A DNA stretch of 64,000 bases from Dendronephthya gigantea (Eukaryota), in the NCBI RefSeq assembly GCF_004324835.1, contig NW_021163026.1, forward strand, positions 2,099,271 through 2,163,270, read 5' to 3'. Position numbers and translations under genes: made by a program. This document shows positions 11,758 through 24,300 of this stretch, one piece after another. How positions within the stretch are numbered: position 1 is the stretch's first letter; the number at the start of each line of letters is the position of its first letter. Below the pieces are notes generated by a model that saw only the letters and a list, made by a program, of their open reading frames with translations, was not told the origin of the DNA and ran no database searches.

Positions 11758-13308
11758 TTACACAAATATCGAGCACGCCAGTGCTAGCACAAGCATTGAC
11801 AATAAAGTCATCGATGAGATATTCTTTCTTACTGCCACGTTCACGATTCTTTCGATCTCAGTCTGCGCAGAGCCTTCAGTACCATAAAATGCAATCAGCG
11901 GTATCCACATTCGTTGTACGCTCTGCATAAACATATGATACTCATCGTCCCAAATATAGAACCATAGATTTGTATTCAATTCAAAATACGGCGTACTTGC
12001 AAGGATCTTCGAGGCGTTTCTAGCCGGGCTGATCATCACATATCCCTCATTGCTCCCCACATCAATATATATCTTCTGCCTCGGTCTTACTCCCCTGTGC
12101 TTCATCAGCGTGCTCCTCGTAAACTCGTATCCAGCGTCGTCGGGAAACGTCGCGTTCTCGGGAAATGGCCACCATAGCGATGGCGACATGCAAGCTGCTG
12201 ATCCAAATGTTTGAGGGCGCGTCCAGATGGCGTGGCACGATATCATGCCGCCAAGAGAGAATCCCATAATGCCGTAGTTCTGAGGACCCGCGAGGCTCCG
12301 GTACTTCGACTCACATTCCGGGATCAAAGTGTCTTGGATGAAATCCAAGTATAACTGACCATTGACCTTAGGCATAGCAAGCCACCTGTAGCATCGTCTG
12401 TAGTCATCGACTAGTTGTTCATAAGAACAAAACGAGGATCTACACGATACACAACCGTTGCAGCGGTTTTGCATCGTGCCATTTATGCAATGAACATCAG
12501 TGCCATTACTAACTGCGAGTAACCGTGTCCTGTTCGCGTAGGAATTAACAACTCCAATGACCAGAACCTCTTTAATCAAAGCTCGTTCTACCATCAAAAT
12601 ATTCAGCTGCGGTAACAAAAGGCCCAGTCGTTGCCCGTCGTTGACAAATAATGTTTCATATTTTTTATAAGTATTCTCTTGAAAACTTGGCGGCAAAGAT
12701 ACGTTGATTGAACGAGCCTCGCCCAATTGCGGTGAGTATATTGTTCGCCTTTCAACCGTTCCCTTCTCGTTGAAAAACCACGGATACTCCCAGAACTCTG
12801 GAATCTTGCTAGTATTTTTAACGTTCGTTGACATTGGGAGGTTTAAAAGAAAATTTGGGCCAAGCATGTTTTTCGAGTCGTCCAAATAAACACGAAATTC
12901 AAATCGCGCTGGCGGTTTCTTCCCGTTCACCAGATCCAAATTACTTGGTATGGCGTATTCAAGTCGAAGCTCCCATGTATCTTGTTGTGTTTTATGCATT
13001 ATTCTTCCTTCATCCCAGGACAATCCGAGCCCGCTTCCACGCACAAACATCTTTGAGGCATCCACGAATGCGTTCTTTGCATACTCGTTGCGTTCAGGAT
13101 AACGAATTTTGATGCGGAACGGTTGAGCCGTTGGATTAAACGCTAAATAACATTTCTTTTCGAAACAGAAGCCAGGGTTTCCGTCCTTCGAACATGGCGA
13201 GGCATAGGTTTTTGCAGTCTCGCAAAACTTATCGCCGGTTGGTTTACCATAGCCTGTTGTTGTGCAGCAGACGGACAGGAACAAAAGCCAAGCTATTTTC
13301 ATTTTCAT
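11758..13308 (-). CDS. Intronless secreted alpha/beta-hydrolase of the putative-esterase (esterase D / enterochelin-esterase-like, PF00756) type, 516 aa.
   Basis: The minus-strand ORF is open from 13461, but a signal peptide MKMKIAWLLFLSVCCTTTGYG starts at the Met at 13308. The N-terminal region is Cys-rich. The motif RRTIYSPQLGEARSINVSLPPSF...YETLFVNDGQ resembles the RxxxVYLPPgY...LYLLHG lead-in of PF00756 enzymes. The nucleophile elbow is GFSLGG and the C-terminus is a hydrophobic tail. Confidence 0.8.
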   Translation of the reverse strand: MKMKIAWLLFLSVCCTTTGYGKPTGDKFCETAKTYASPCSKDGNPGFCFEKKCYLAFNPTAQPFRIKIRYPERNEYAKNAFVDASKMFVRGSGLGLSWDEGRIMHKTQQDTWELRLEYAIPSNLDLVNGKKPPARFEFRVYLDDSKNMLGPNFLLNLPMSTNVKNTSKIPEFWEYPWFFNEKGTVERRTIYSPQLGEARSINVSLPPSFQENTYKKYETLFVNDGQRLGLLLPQLNILMVERALIKEVLVIGVVNSYANRTRLLAVSNGTDVHCINGTMQNRCNGCVSCRSSFCSYEQLVDDYRRCYRWLAMPKVNGQLYLDFIQDTLIPECESKYRSLAGPQNYGIMGFSLGGMISCHAIWTRPQTFGSAACMSPSLWWPFPENATFPDDAGYEFTRSTLMKHRGVRPRQKIYIDVGSNEGYVMISPARNASKILASTPYFELNTNLWFYIWDDEYHMFMQSVQRMWIPLIAFYGTEGSAQTEIERIVNVAVRKNISSMTLLSMLVLALACSIFV

Positions 13309-14857
13309 GGGAGTCTGAAAAACGTATCTTTCGTTCATCAACAAAGATCTTCGTCTTCTTCTGAACGAATCTTTTGTAGTAAAATCCTTTGATGCTGGCG
13401 TCTCTGCGACTCTGAAAGATAACACAATAATCCCGTGTTTATAAAAGCGCTGTCGAGCCACTCAAAATAACATGAAGTTGTACAAACAATGCCAGATATT
13501 AGCAAACTATGATATTCAGTTGCCACTGGCAATATCCTTTGAGACAACTCTCTTATCCTCAAATAGACAAGTACATCATTTGAGTTCTACCATAAATAGC
13601 TTGTTAATATGACCATTCAACCAAATATATCAGATTATACCAAATCTTTCCTGAAAAAGGTATTTTTCACCAATTAACGTGAATCTAAGTTTCCAATGAA
13701 CGAGGATGTTGACAAGTTTAATTTAAGGACATGAAATTAATTCGTGACAGGAATTAAATGACTTTTTTCATATTTTTTCAAGTCAGTGTAATTTACCAGG
13801 ACGAGTTTCTAGTTTTCACGAATTTCTCTGCAGAAATTCTTCACCTTTTTCAGGTATCTTTGATGAAATTGTTGCAATTCCCATCCTAGTATGTTTTATC
13901 CAAATTAAAACGAAACAGTCTTGAATGTGACAGGTCTGAATTTAATTACTCAAATCGTTAGGAGCGTAACGTGCCTGTCAGATGCAATAATTTAACCAAA
14001 CGAGGACGTAGTGTGAGGATTATTTAATAACATCCTGTGTAAACACCCTGGAAATTGCGTAAGGAATTTGGCTCGAGGATATTGCACTATTGTGCTTCAA
14101 GATGGGAGGATTATTAGCGGGGGCTGAAATAAAGCGAGGTTGAAATCTTGGATAATCATGCGATTTGCAAATACACGTTTTTTTCGGAATCGATATTGTG
14201 GGGTTTTAATCACAGGCGCACGAGACAGAACGTAGAGGGTATCCCCTCCAGATTAGGCGAATGTTCGCCCACGCTGAAAAAAGAAATCTGGGGCCGTAGA
14301 CCTGTGGTTTTCATTGTTATTGTTCAGAGCGAGATAGATAAATAAATGCTAGTTTTCATTCGGTCCTTGCTCGTCTCTACAAGTGGTAGATGAGAGTGTC
14401 AATATTTCAATATTCGTCTGGTAGCATCAAAGCTGATGTGCATGAACACAATAACACAACTATCCCACATCCTTCGCTTATCAGTGTTGGTACTCACAAA
14501 AGTATAGCGACCAAATGGAAAACAAGTTAAAGTCTTTTCCGCTTGCCATGCAGTTTACCCCTGTGATTGATGGATAACTCTCGAATGTCGTGCAGGCTTT
14601 GCATCCGAATTGGACCCGAACGTAATCCGAGGATCCCATCGGATCACGAAAGCGTTTTGTCGTGATCACGAGGCTATATTCACACGAGCGTCGTTTTGAA
14701 ACTGTCTCCGCGATCCAAAGGGTAAATTGCTAACTCTTCTTCTATCGTTAAATTGAAAGTGCTGGTCTGTTTGACCATGTGGAGATAGCCAATTCCAGAA
14801 AAACTAATTCTAATGATTTTTAAGAAAAAGGCGAGTTTGGACAGCAACTTGCATCCA

Positions 14858-15097
14858 GGGGTCGGTTGTATCAAGCCCGTTTAGCTTAAACGGTGAATGA
14901 GTCAAAATTAAATAACACTCTTACAACTCTCTTGAATAAAACAACTTGAATATCATGCACTGAATATGTAGTTGTAAACAGTTCTTTGTATTAAGGTAAA
15001 AAACATTCAGTTCGCTTGTTGAATAAAACGGCAAACTTGCTTTCTATTTTGAACTTATCCACCGTTTAAGCTAAACGGGCTTGATACAACCGGCCCC
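14858..15097. mobile_element. MITE-like element, 240 bp, with 38-bp terminal inverted repeats.
   Basis: Left TIR 14858..14895 is GGGGTCGGTTGTATCAAGCCCGTTTAGCTTAAACGGTG. The reverse complement of the right TIR at 15060..15097 matches it with 1 mismatch. The interior is AT-rich and non-coding. Confidence 0.7.
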
Positions 15098-18000
15098 AGG
15101 GATTTAATCGTACCGCGGATGCTTGACTTCAGCGTGACGTCATAAATTCCAGTGGCTTTGGGGGGCATCTCGAGATCGATACAAAATGATTTAGTTGTTC
15201 GTTGTAACAACGCTGTTGTATGTGCTGAATTTGTGGTTTGTAGGATTTGTGGTAAATCTGTGGAGTTTCAGTATTATTTTCTCGCTTTAAACGTCCAGTG
15301 CAGTACGAGTGTCGAAACCCAAGGTATTTGAGGCTGACCTCCTCTCACAAAAGTGATTGAAATTCCGAACAATGAAATCCGGTGATATACGTTGTTGATC
15401 ATAATTACTCGAGACATTTACAGTGGATATGATAACTCGAAGATAAAATACTGGATAACCAAAACTCTTAAAGAGCAATGTGGTTTCATAATGATCGAAA
15501 GAATCGTGAATTTCAGTAAAAATTTAAAGATTTCATCACCACATTCCAACTGTGCCAAAAGTTTCAACGCGTCTATATTACTCATATGCCGTATCGGGTA
15601 ATTAGTCGAAAAATACATGTAGCTATGTTTGTAAATTAAAATATATCTAATTAATATTGATTACCTTGTGTGTAAGAAAGTCCTGTTTCAAAAACCGAAT
15701 GCCTGAAAGTTTCTTTTAGGAAACATTTGCTCCGTGCTTCCTCTATTTTCATCGGTTTATGATTTCAAGGGTATAATAACCCTTGTGTGGGTTTTCCCTA
15801 TGCATACGATATTGTCTTTACTAGCAAGCCTCATTTTAATGCAATGTATTTTTTTAACGCCGAAGTGAGGCTTGGTGGTCAAGACGTCAAGATGATGGCA
15901 TAAGGGAATCGAAAAACCACATAAGTGCTATTGCCTTTATGAAACGGTTTCAGATTTCAGCTCGTGCATAAATTTCATGTACATATTTGCCAATCAAAAG
16001 CACGTTGGAAATTGTAAATGAAAGAATGCAAATTTTTTAACCGCTAATCGGAGGAGGATCTTTGCCGCCAGGGAAATATGAGCAGGATTTGTTCGGCATT
16101 CATTTGAGAGGTGTTTGTGACGTAGATATTGCTATAATCTTCAGAATCGGATGTAGGAGATCATGCCTCACGTTACAACATCGATAAAGTTCTCCAACTG
16201 TTACTTCTCGAAAAATCACAGATAGAGCACCCCACATTTCACTGAGTTCGTGTCAAAACAGTTGATATGTAATAGTATTTCAGGGTGATGTTTAATCTCA
16301 CAGTTCTCGTATGGTGTTTCCTTTGTATATTTAGCGTCAGATTTTCAGCCTTTCCTCGAGATGTTTCAACTTCATTTCCACGTAAGAACATTTTATTTCA
16401 CCCGGAAACACATTTTGTTCTGGATACTGCAGTTTTTGATTGGAAGGTTAACCTGGGATATAGTGGAACCTTTAATGGCATTTTTTTAAAATAATGATTT
16501 ATGATTTTTTATGTGGTGTTTGGATTAATCTCGTGTACGTGCCTTCTCCTTTTTTAGGATTCCTTTTAGCAATTAATCAATCGAAAAAGGGATTGGATCT
16601 GGTGGCAGGGGACATGCACTTCAGATATCAATTAGATCCATTCCTCCACTTGATTCATATTTGGCGCATAACATGACGTATCGGAAACAGATAAAGCCGC
16701 GTTCATTCGTCGCATGGTACACGGCAAAAAACGCTCAAGTTGTTCCTTGTTACGCTTAACAATATTGCAACATGTTGTTGAGAACATTGTTCGTGGGGTG
16801 CAGCACAACATGGTTGAGGACTGTTCTCACCAACCGTGAACAACTTGAGCATTTCTTACCGTGTACAAACACTCGTGTTTCGTGTAATATGACACATGTA
16901 ACATCAAAGAAACTCTTGTGACTGTACACATGGCCTGTTGTCACCTGACCGCCGTGACGTCATTAATGTCCGCATTCCACTTACAAACTAAACCACCATT
17001 TTAGGATATACTTAATTTCCCAGTATTATAAGTACGTGGGGATATTTGATCAACATCCTAAATTCATTACGCGGTTACAAGGTTCGGGACTTCGGGAATC
17101 CTTCACAAAAGCTCTTCCACAAAGAAACCCCCTAATATGAGACATAATATGTTGTGTATACATCAGCCCCAAGACACTAAACCACGCAGTGGTGATTATC
17201 AGGTTCATTCCTGCTGTTACTGGCAATTGTTTTTAAAGCATTCAATATATTTGGCTCAAATCCAAACCGTATTATAAGATTTACGAATTTGCCTGTTGAT
17301 AATCCAATGCCTACAATTTGTGAATGAAAATACAACATAATTACCATTGGTCATTTGAATAATGGCATGTTAAAAATTTGCGTCCCACATTCTGCCTAAA
17401 TCAGTTGCCAAATTCTGTTACAACTTACAAGCCGCAAGAAGCTCACACTCGCAAGTGGAAACATGTTAAATTAGAGGGTAAACTTATATATTGCACATGC
17501 ATGCCCAATATTTTGATTAATATCTTGTTACAAGAAAATAATTCATTTCATGATGGGCGTAAATGTAAATCTATTAGCTCGTCATGTTTATCAGGTAATA
17601 TGCTGTATAAGGCTACAGGGGTTTGTGTATATAAAAATAATTGTAAACATCGCAACCAAACCGAAAAGTAGGGAATCTGTAGGTGAGGAATACTTCATGT
17701 AGCCATTTAATGTCTGTCCTTCGGCTAAGTCATGTATAGAACACAATAAACTGATACAATTTTAGCATTCTTCCCGCCAAAAGTAATTCTATTAGGGTGT
17801 AATTGGGTAACATATATTATTGGCTAATATCCAGATTGCTCGCAAGCTTTTAGGCGTGCGATTATTTATATTTTCAATCTGAAGATGCAAACATTTCGTT
17901 TATGTCTGTGCTTTTTCCTAATTTGCAATGTGTATACACCGTAATTCATAACATTTCCCTTTCTTCCCGCCAAAATTAATGGCAATTCCGAGAAATAGCC

Positions 18001-18300
18001 TTTGGCATGCGTTGTTATTTTGGTCTATATTACTTAATTCGCTGCTGGAATGTCAACAGGCTGTTAAAATGGGCGGTTCGTCGGAAACAATAGTTAATGG
18101 GTGAAGAATATCCAATCACATATGCACTCGCACTGGTGGGTGTCTAGTTCAGCCAATCAGCTTCGAGGGCTCAGGTTAATTTGTAGGGGGGTTTAAGGAA
18201 TAGAGCAAAAAAACCTGCAAAAATAAGAGCCTTTATACACGTGTCACTTTGGAGGAGTTTTCGACGCTTCATAGTTTTATAGTAGCTTATGTAGACTAGA

Positions 18301-21300
18301 ATGGATGCAAACGAACTGTCGCCTCCAGTGGTCCCTACGCACGATACAAACGGCGATCCTGGGTAAATATTTTACTATTTATGTATGTGTAGCATGTATA
18401 TGCCTTGGGTATAACTGTGTGTTGTGTAAAATAAGGAACAAAGCGAGTGAATAATAACATTAGCAGCCAAATACTTAGAGGCTTAAATTTCATCGCGAAT
18501 CTTTTCGCTACTTTCTAGGAAAATTTTCGTCGGAGGCCTTTCTAAAGTCACGAACGCTGGTAAGTTTCACAGAAACAATTTGTAACATCGCCAGCGCATT
18601 GTCGATTTCAAATGATGGGGTTTGTTTACGTTACTGGCTTGCTTTGAACATGGCTCGTTCGAGTGCTGGATCACGAGTTATCTGATCAGCTTTTGTCATC
18701 GAGCATCATGCATGTATTTCCTTTTAGACCGTTTGAAAGAATACTTTAGCAAATATGGCGAAATCAAGGAGTGCTTGGTTATGCGTGATCCTGTGACCAA
18801 AAACTCCAGGTAAATTTGCAAAGCTGTTTATAGCTCCCCAGCGGATTTCAAACGCTTTTTGACTAATGGCGATTACGCGTCTCACGCTTCGATAGACACC
18901 TTGAAATTCAAGTTCTCGTTTTGTTTCACTAAAGGTGCTTCGGATTCGTAACATTTCAAGATCCAAACTCGGTCGAAGATGTGGTCAGTTCAGGGCCTCA
19001 TGTGCTGGACGATCAAACAGTTAGTGTATACAGTATATTCAAAGCTATTTTCTCTTTATTTTTGTAAATTATACGACTTGTGTCAAAGTGTCTGTTATAT
19101 TGGCCAGCCGCAACCGTTTGTGTTGCTCGATCTTCATATTTTACCACGCGGAATTTATTCTGTAGAAATGTAACAAAATTGTAAACTTGCGGAGTGCGGT
19201 TTCAAACAAAACCGTTGTGTTATTATTGAGTTCAATCCCTCTTCCGCTTTTTCAGACAGCCTTCTTTGCACTCCTATAGAACTCTTGATATATAGTATAA
19301 ACACATTCGCTTTGTGTGCTACGAATCTAGTCGGTCTATGATTTAAACGTCGTATATTTACTCTATGTTTTACAGATAGATCCAAAGGTTGCCATTCCAA
19401 AGCGGCCTCAACCAAAGGTATTAAGTTTTTTAAACAGGAGAGTTTATAATATCGTATTTTGTAACGCTTAATTCCTGCTAGATTGACACAACAGACAACC
19501 CGTTTATATTAAATTTTCTTACGCAAACACAGTGCATATGGCTACGAAAGGTCTTGTATTTTACAGAGATAGGAAGCTAGGCATGTACTGTACATTATTG
19601 ACGCTTTATTTACAACGTCTGCCAGCGAGACAGACGGCAGACCCCTACTATTCGGTTTCAAATTATGAATGTCTTTCTTTACACAATAACCCCGTGAGGT
19701 AAGACACGTTTTTATCGACTTCCGCTGCTGAAAATCCGCTAATTTCCAGCGTATAAAAGTTGCCTGTTTTATTAACCACCGCTCAATTGAGCAACGAACG
19801 TATAAACACAGCGAAATTAATCGAAAATATTTAAAGCGTTCTCTGTTATTCACAAATACAGCGTGTCAAAGACAAGATTGACAGCTACCAGAGTCAAGGT
19901 ACAAAGAATATAATAATGCGTGTCATCTTTCGGTTGATATGATAAGCAGCTTGAGATATTCGTGACGAATGCGTGTTTTTTTGTCAAAGCACGATTTCGA
20001 GCCTCGTGATTCAAGCTTTACTTTTAAGCCCTACATAAGCGATCAGAGCAAACACTTTTTAATTCGTTGTTCATTTAGCGTGCCAGCGCGGAACTTTGGA
20101 GCAATTGCATACAGCGTGTGTGACTGTGCACGATAACTATAAAAGCAAATATATTTAAAATAAGTTAATTCACATCATCGGAAAACGAAGAAATAGCAGG
20201 GTTTTTTTTAAATTTAAAAAGTTTCAATTATAGTCAGGCCTGTAATTTCAAATTTTATTATCGATTAAGGTGTTTAATATATTGTAAATAATGTCCTCGG
20301 TTAGATCTGCAAAGAGGTTATAATAGCTTGGCTTGTATCTTTCTTTCGGTCGCATCCGCGTGGGTTTAACAAGACATGAAATATGAGATACTTCCAGTGA
20401 CGTTGTACCGCATAACTTGTCATTTATGGAGAAAAGTTTACTTCTTTTTCCTTTTTATTTACACGAAAAAGAATAACAATATTTCTCAGCGTTATTATAC
20501 CAATCAATTGTCTATTTTCAGGCGGCCAAAACCTGCTTATTACCCCCTTAAATCGTGTTTCAAAACTGCGGTAGATCTGTTTGTGAATCGCGTCATATGC
20601 TCCAAAGCTCAAAGACAAACATCTTAGGCCAAGTGGAGAATCTGGCTTATTACCATATACTGATAGCCGAAATGTAAAATATTCCGTATTTCCGTCGTGG
20701 AAAAACCTTCCTGAGTTGGAAAATCCGACTCTTTATATAATGCACTCTTATAAATTGGACTCTTTCGCCAATTCGGACTGTTTAAATCGAAAGGGACATT
20801 TGTTTATCGGTAACTCAATAGCCAGGTTTTTTTATATGGAGTTTATACGATTATAAGCCTAGCTGCTTCATCCGAGTGAGATAATCCCCGAAAGAGAAGA
20901 TTTTCTACCACAAAATGTGAAGAATTTTAACCATCTTTCCACAAAGGCGCGTGAAAAGCTCAGTGCGAAGGCATGACCTGCGCTTTTTCCAGTAACGCAC
21001 CGAAGGGCTGAAACTCAAGCATATTTTCACTTACTGCTGTTTAATGTTTACTAAAACAAGAAATAATTACAGAAAGCTATTAAGGACATTTCAGTATTGA
21101 TGACAATGCGCCTTCACGCTGTTTTCCCGTTCCACTACATAAAAACGGAAGTTGCAATATAAAACACATAATACCGTGTACTTAATGTCCAAACGCTATT
21201 TCCGAAAGCCACCACTCTTGATTTCCTGCATGAAGTATTTTGTTTTTTCATAAGATAGTCACCAAAGCGATAGTCAGCAGTGCGCCTTTCAAGTTTTAAA

Positions 21301-24300
21301 AGCGTGGGATTGGAGATTTATGTTCCCCATCGGCTGAAAAGAGTCAGATGTCTTAGGCCGTGTTTTACCCACAGGCGATCTTAGTTGCGTGAGGATAAGT
21401 CAAAGTCGTCTCATGCATCTGCTGTTCTTCGACTATCCTTTGGCGTTGAACTCTAGACGTTTTAATGGTTTTAACTTCGGTTGATGCATTTCCTTGTCGC
21501 GTTTTGTATTGATTTTCTTCGGTTTCCCCTTACAGGAAATCAGTCGAAAATATGATTTATAAAGAAAGCAATTCACAGAAACATGAACGACATTAGCTGC
21601 ATTTAGATTTGTATTTTGATTCAACAAATGACAGTGTTTTGCCTGAAAGGTCAGAGGCGTTCATGTCAGAGTGTATTTTAAGACGTATAAAATATTTGAC
21701 TCATGTTTTTAAGTTTAAAGCCAGACAAAACCAGCCGTAATTTGATAATTTGATGCCAAATTTTGGTAGTTTTGAATTTGAACGGTTTCACAAGAGCGTT
21801 AGCTTGCCTAATTTAAGTGTGACTTTTACTTGATATTGACCTAAACAATGGCGGATATATTTATTAAAGTAGACATAGCAATGAGGTATATTTCTAGACT
21901 TGAAGACTTTGACTATATATGGAAGTTAATGCACCTGCAACGGCCGGGACAATAGCTATTGTACAGCTGTCGATAAGCAGCCAGCAAATTTCAGGGCGTC
22001 CGTATCATTGAAATTGCCCTCCTTCCTTTCTTAAATGCAATTCGTTCAGTTTCAATTAATTCAAGCAATTTGGTAGTTATATCATGTGAAGAAGATATTT
22101 TCAGAGTTAGTTTAGGTTTCCTGCTTTAGTAACACTATATATATAGATCAATACGAGATAGATCCTTATTGGACCTTTAGGAAGAACAGTTTAGAAATGA
22201 TAGAGCTATCCAGTATAAATAAAGTTAGTTTAGTTTAGGTTTCCTCCTGTAGTAACACTAGATCAATAAGAGATGATCCTTACTGGACCTCTAGGAAGAA
22301 CGGTTTAGAACTGACAGAGCTATCCAGTATAAATAAAGCTAGTTTAGTTTAGGTTTCCTGCTGTAGTAACACTGGATCAACAGGAGATGATCCTTATTTA
22401 GAGAGACTGTTGAAGTAGCTGATGCAGTCAATAGAAATTCTTAGTTTACCTGGTAAGATCCGTTTCTTAATCCTAACAATTCATGTATTTCGGTTGTCAT
22501 ACATTTAGTTTATAACAAAAACGAAAAAGATATTCGTCGGTGGCCTCTCTCCTGAAACAACAGAGGAGGATCTAAGATCATATTTTCAAAATAACTATGG
22601 CAAGGTAAGAGCTCGGAAGACGTGCAAATTACAAAGATTGATTTATTTCAAAAAGTGAGAATTGTATTCTTCACAGCTTTTACTAGGCACCATTTCTTTA
22701 CATTATTCTGTCTCTTAAGGTGGCTCAGTGTCTGCTCATGTTCGATACGACAACTAAACGTCATCGAGGATTTGGGTTTGTGACTCTGGAGACGGAAGAT
22801 ATTGTTGATAAAATATGTGAAGAACGTTTTCATAAAATAAACGACAAACGGGTAGGTGCATAGATGTACTACTGAGCAGGACTGAGTGTGATTCTAGCAG
22901 CGCTCTGTAGTCTGTTTATAATATTATCTCAACAATACTTGACAAATTAAAGTGCCTCTTTTTCGACCATTCAAAACACAGTTGTTACCTAAAATGACAT
23001 TCATATCTGTCACTGAAGTTTAATGCCCTAAATATACGCTGGCGCTTCGAGTTGCGCTCTGCACATCAAGAGAGATGTGTCATGCTGTAATTATTCAGTG
23101 TCAAAATTATATTTATGTTCATGATTCAGGTTGAAACGAAGAAAGCTCAGCCGCGTGAAGTCATGAATCCTCAAGGAAGAGGTCGCGGACGAGGGATGTT
23201 TGGGAGAGGATATGGATGTATGTGGATATAACATATGTATTTGTGATCGTGTTTGACTGAAGTTTGTTCAACTTGCCCACTCGTAATTCAAAACACAGCA
23301 TGTAAATATTTCGCAAGGGAACTTCTTATCCTCAAGTGAAAATGTCCAGCCTGTCACGTATTGAATATCGTCTCACTTCATTTTCAGATTATCCACAGTT
23401 TACCCCATTTGGTTCGTTCCCTCCTGCACTCGGCTATCCTCTGCCTGGTTACCAGGCTGCAGCTGCCGCGGCCAATGCTGCCTACACGACCCAGGCCCCT
23501 CCACAACACGGTAAACCACCGAGGAATCCCGAACGATCTCGTCCGAACTTTACTTACACCTACCCTTCGCTTCCTGGAAGTATGTGAAATTCCTGTTAAA
23601 GTTTTTTACTGACCTGTCAATATTTTACACTTCTTAAATAGCCCCGGAGTCAAGCAATAGTTATTCGGGCTAGTCTGGTCGCAAAACATCAGGTCCCCCC
23701 ACTCCCTAAATTCGGCCTGCGAGCAGGCTAGACTTGGGAACTCAACTAAACCCTTGCTTGTCCACTCTAATCCTCATTTGTCCAAGGCTGAAGTGAATTC
23801 CTCATACTAAATTTTTAATCATCCTCCTTTTAGACTATTACTCCTCTTTTATTAACGCCTCTGGTGATAGACGTCCTCATTACTACGCAGAATATGCCAA
23901 TCTCTCATCACCAGGTCTCCCACCAAGGCCTGGCAACACGACCGCACGCACTGACGGCCAACCGTCCGTTGACTACCCCGATTATTCAGGTAAGGCAGAA
24001 TGTTCATTGATCTGCTACAGGCTGGCCTTAGGCAGGAGCCTCCTTGATAAACAGGCTCGTTTAGAAGCTGATCGTATGCGGTGATCTGTACTGAGCATTG
24101 AGTGCAAATTAGTAAAGCCAGTGGCAGCTGTAGAATGGTCGGCTAGCTTCGTTTATTTTCGTTATTAAATCGTAGTTAATAGAATTCCTAATACACAATA
24201 CTTATCGACCAGTCAAATCACTAGCTACACGTCATTTTATAACCAAAATGATTTTCCGTAGACGCAAACAAATTAGTTGTTTTATCGTGTTCAAGGTGTT

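Noticed and set aside
13309-13461. In-frame upstream extension of the esterase ORF (MARQRFYKHG...).
   Set aside because: A canonical signal peptide begins at the Met at 13308 (MKMKIAWLLFLSVCC...). The upstream 51 codons look non-coding and Arg-rich. It is probably 5'UTR read-through in the ORF finder.
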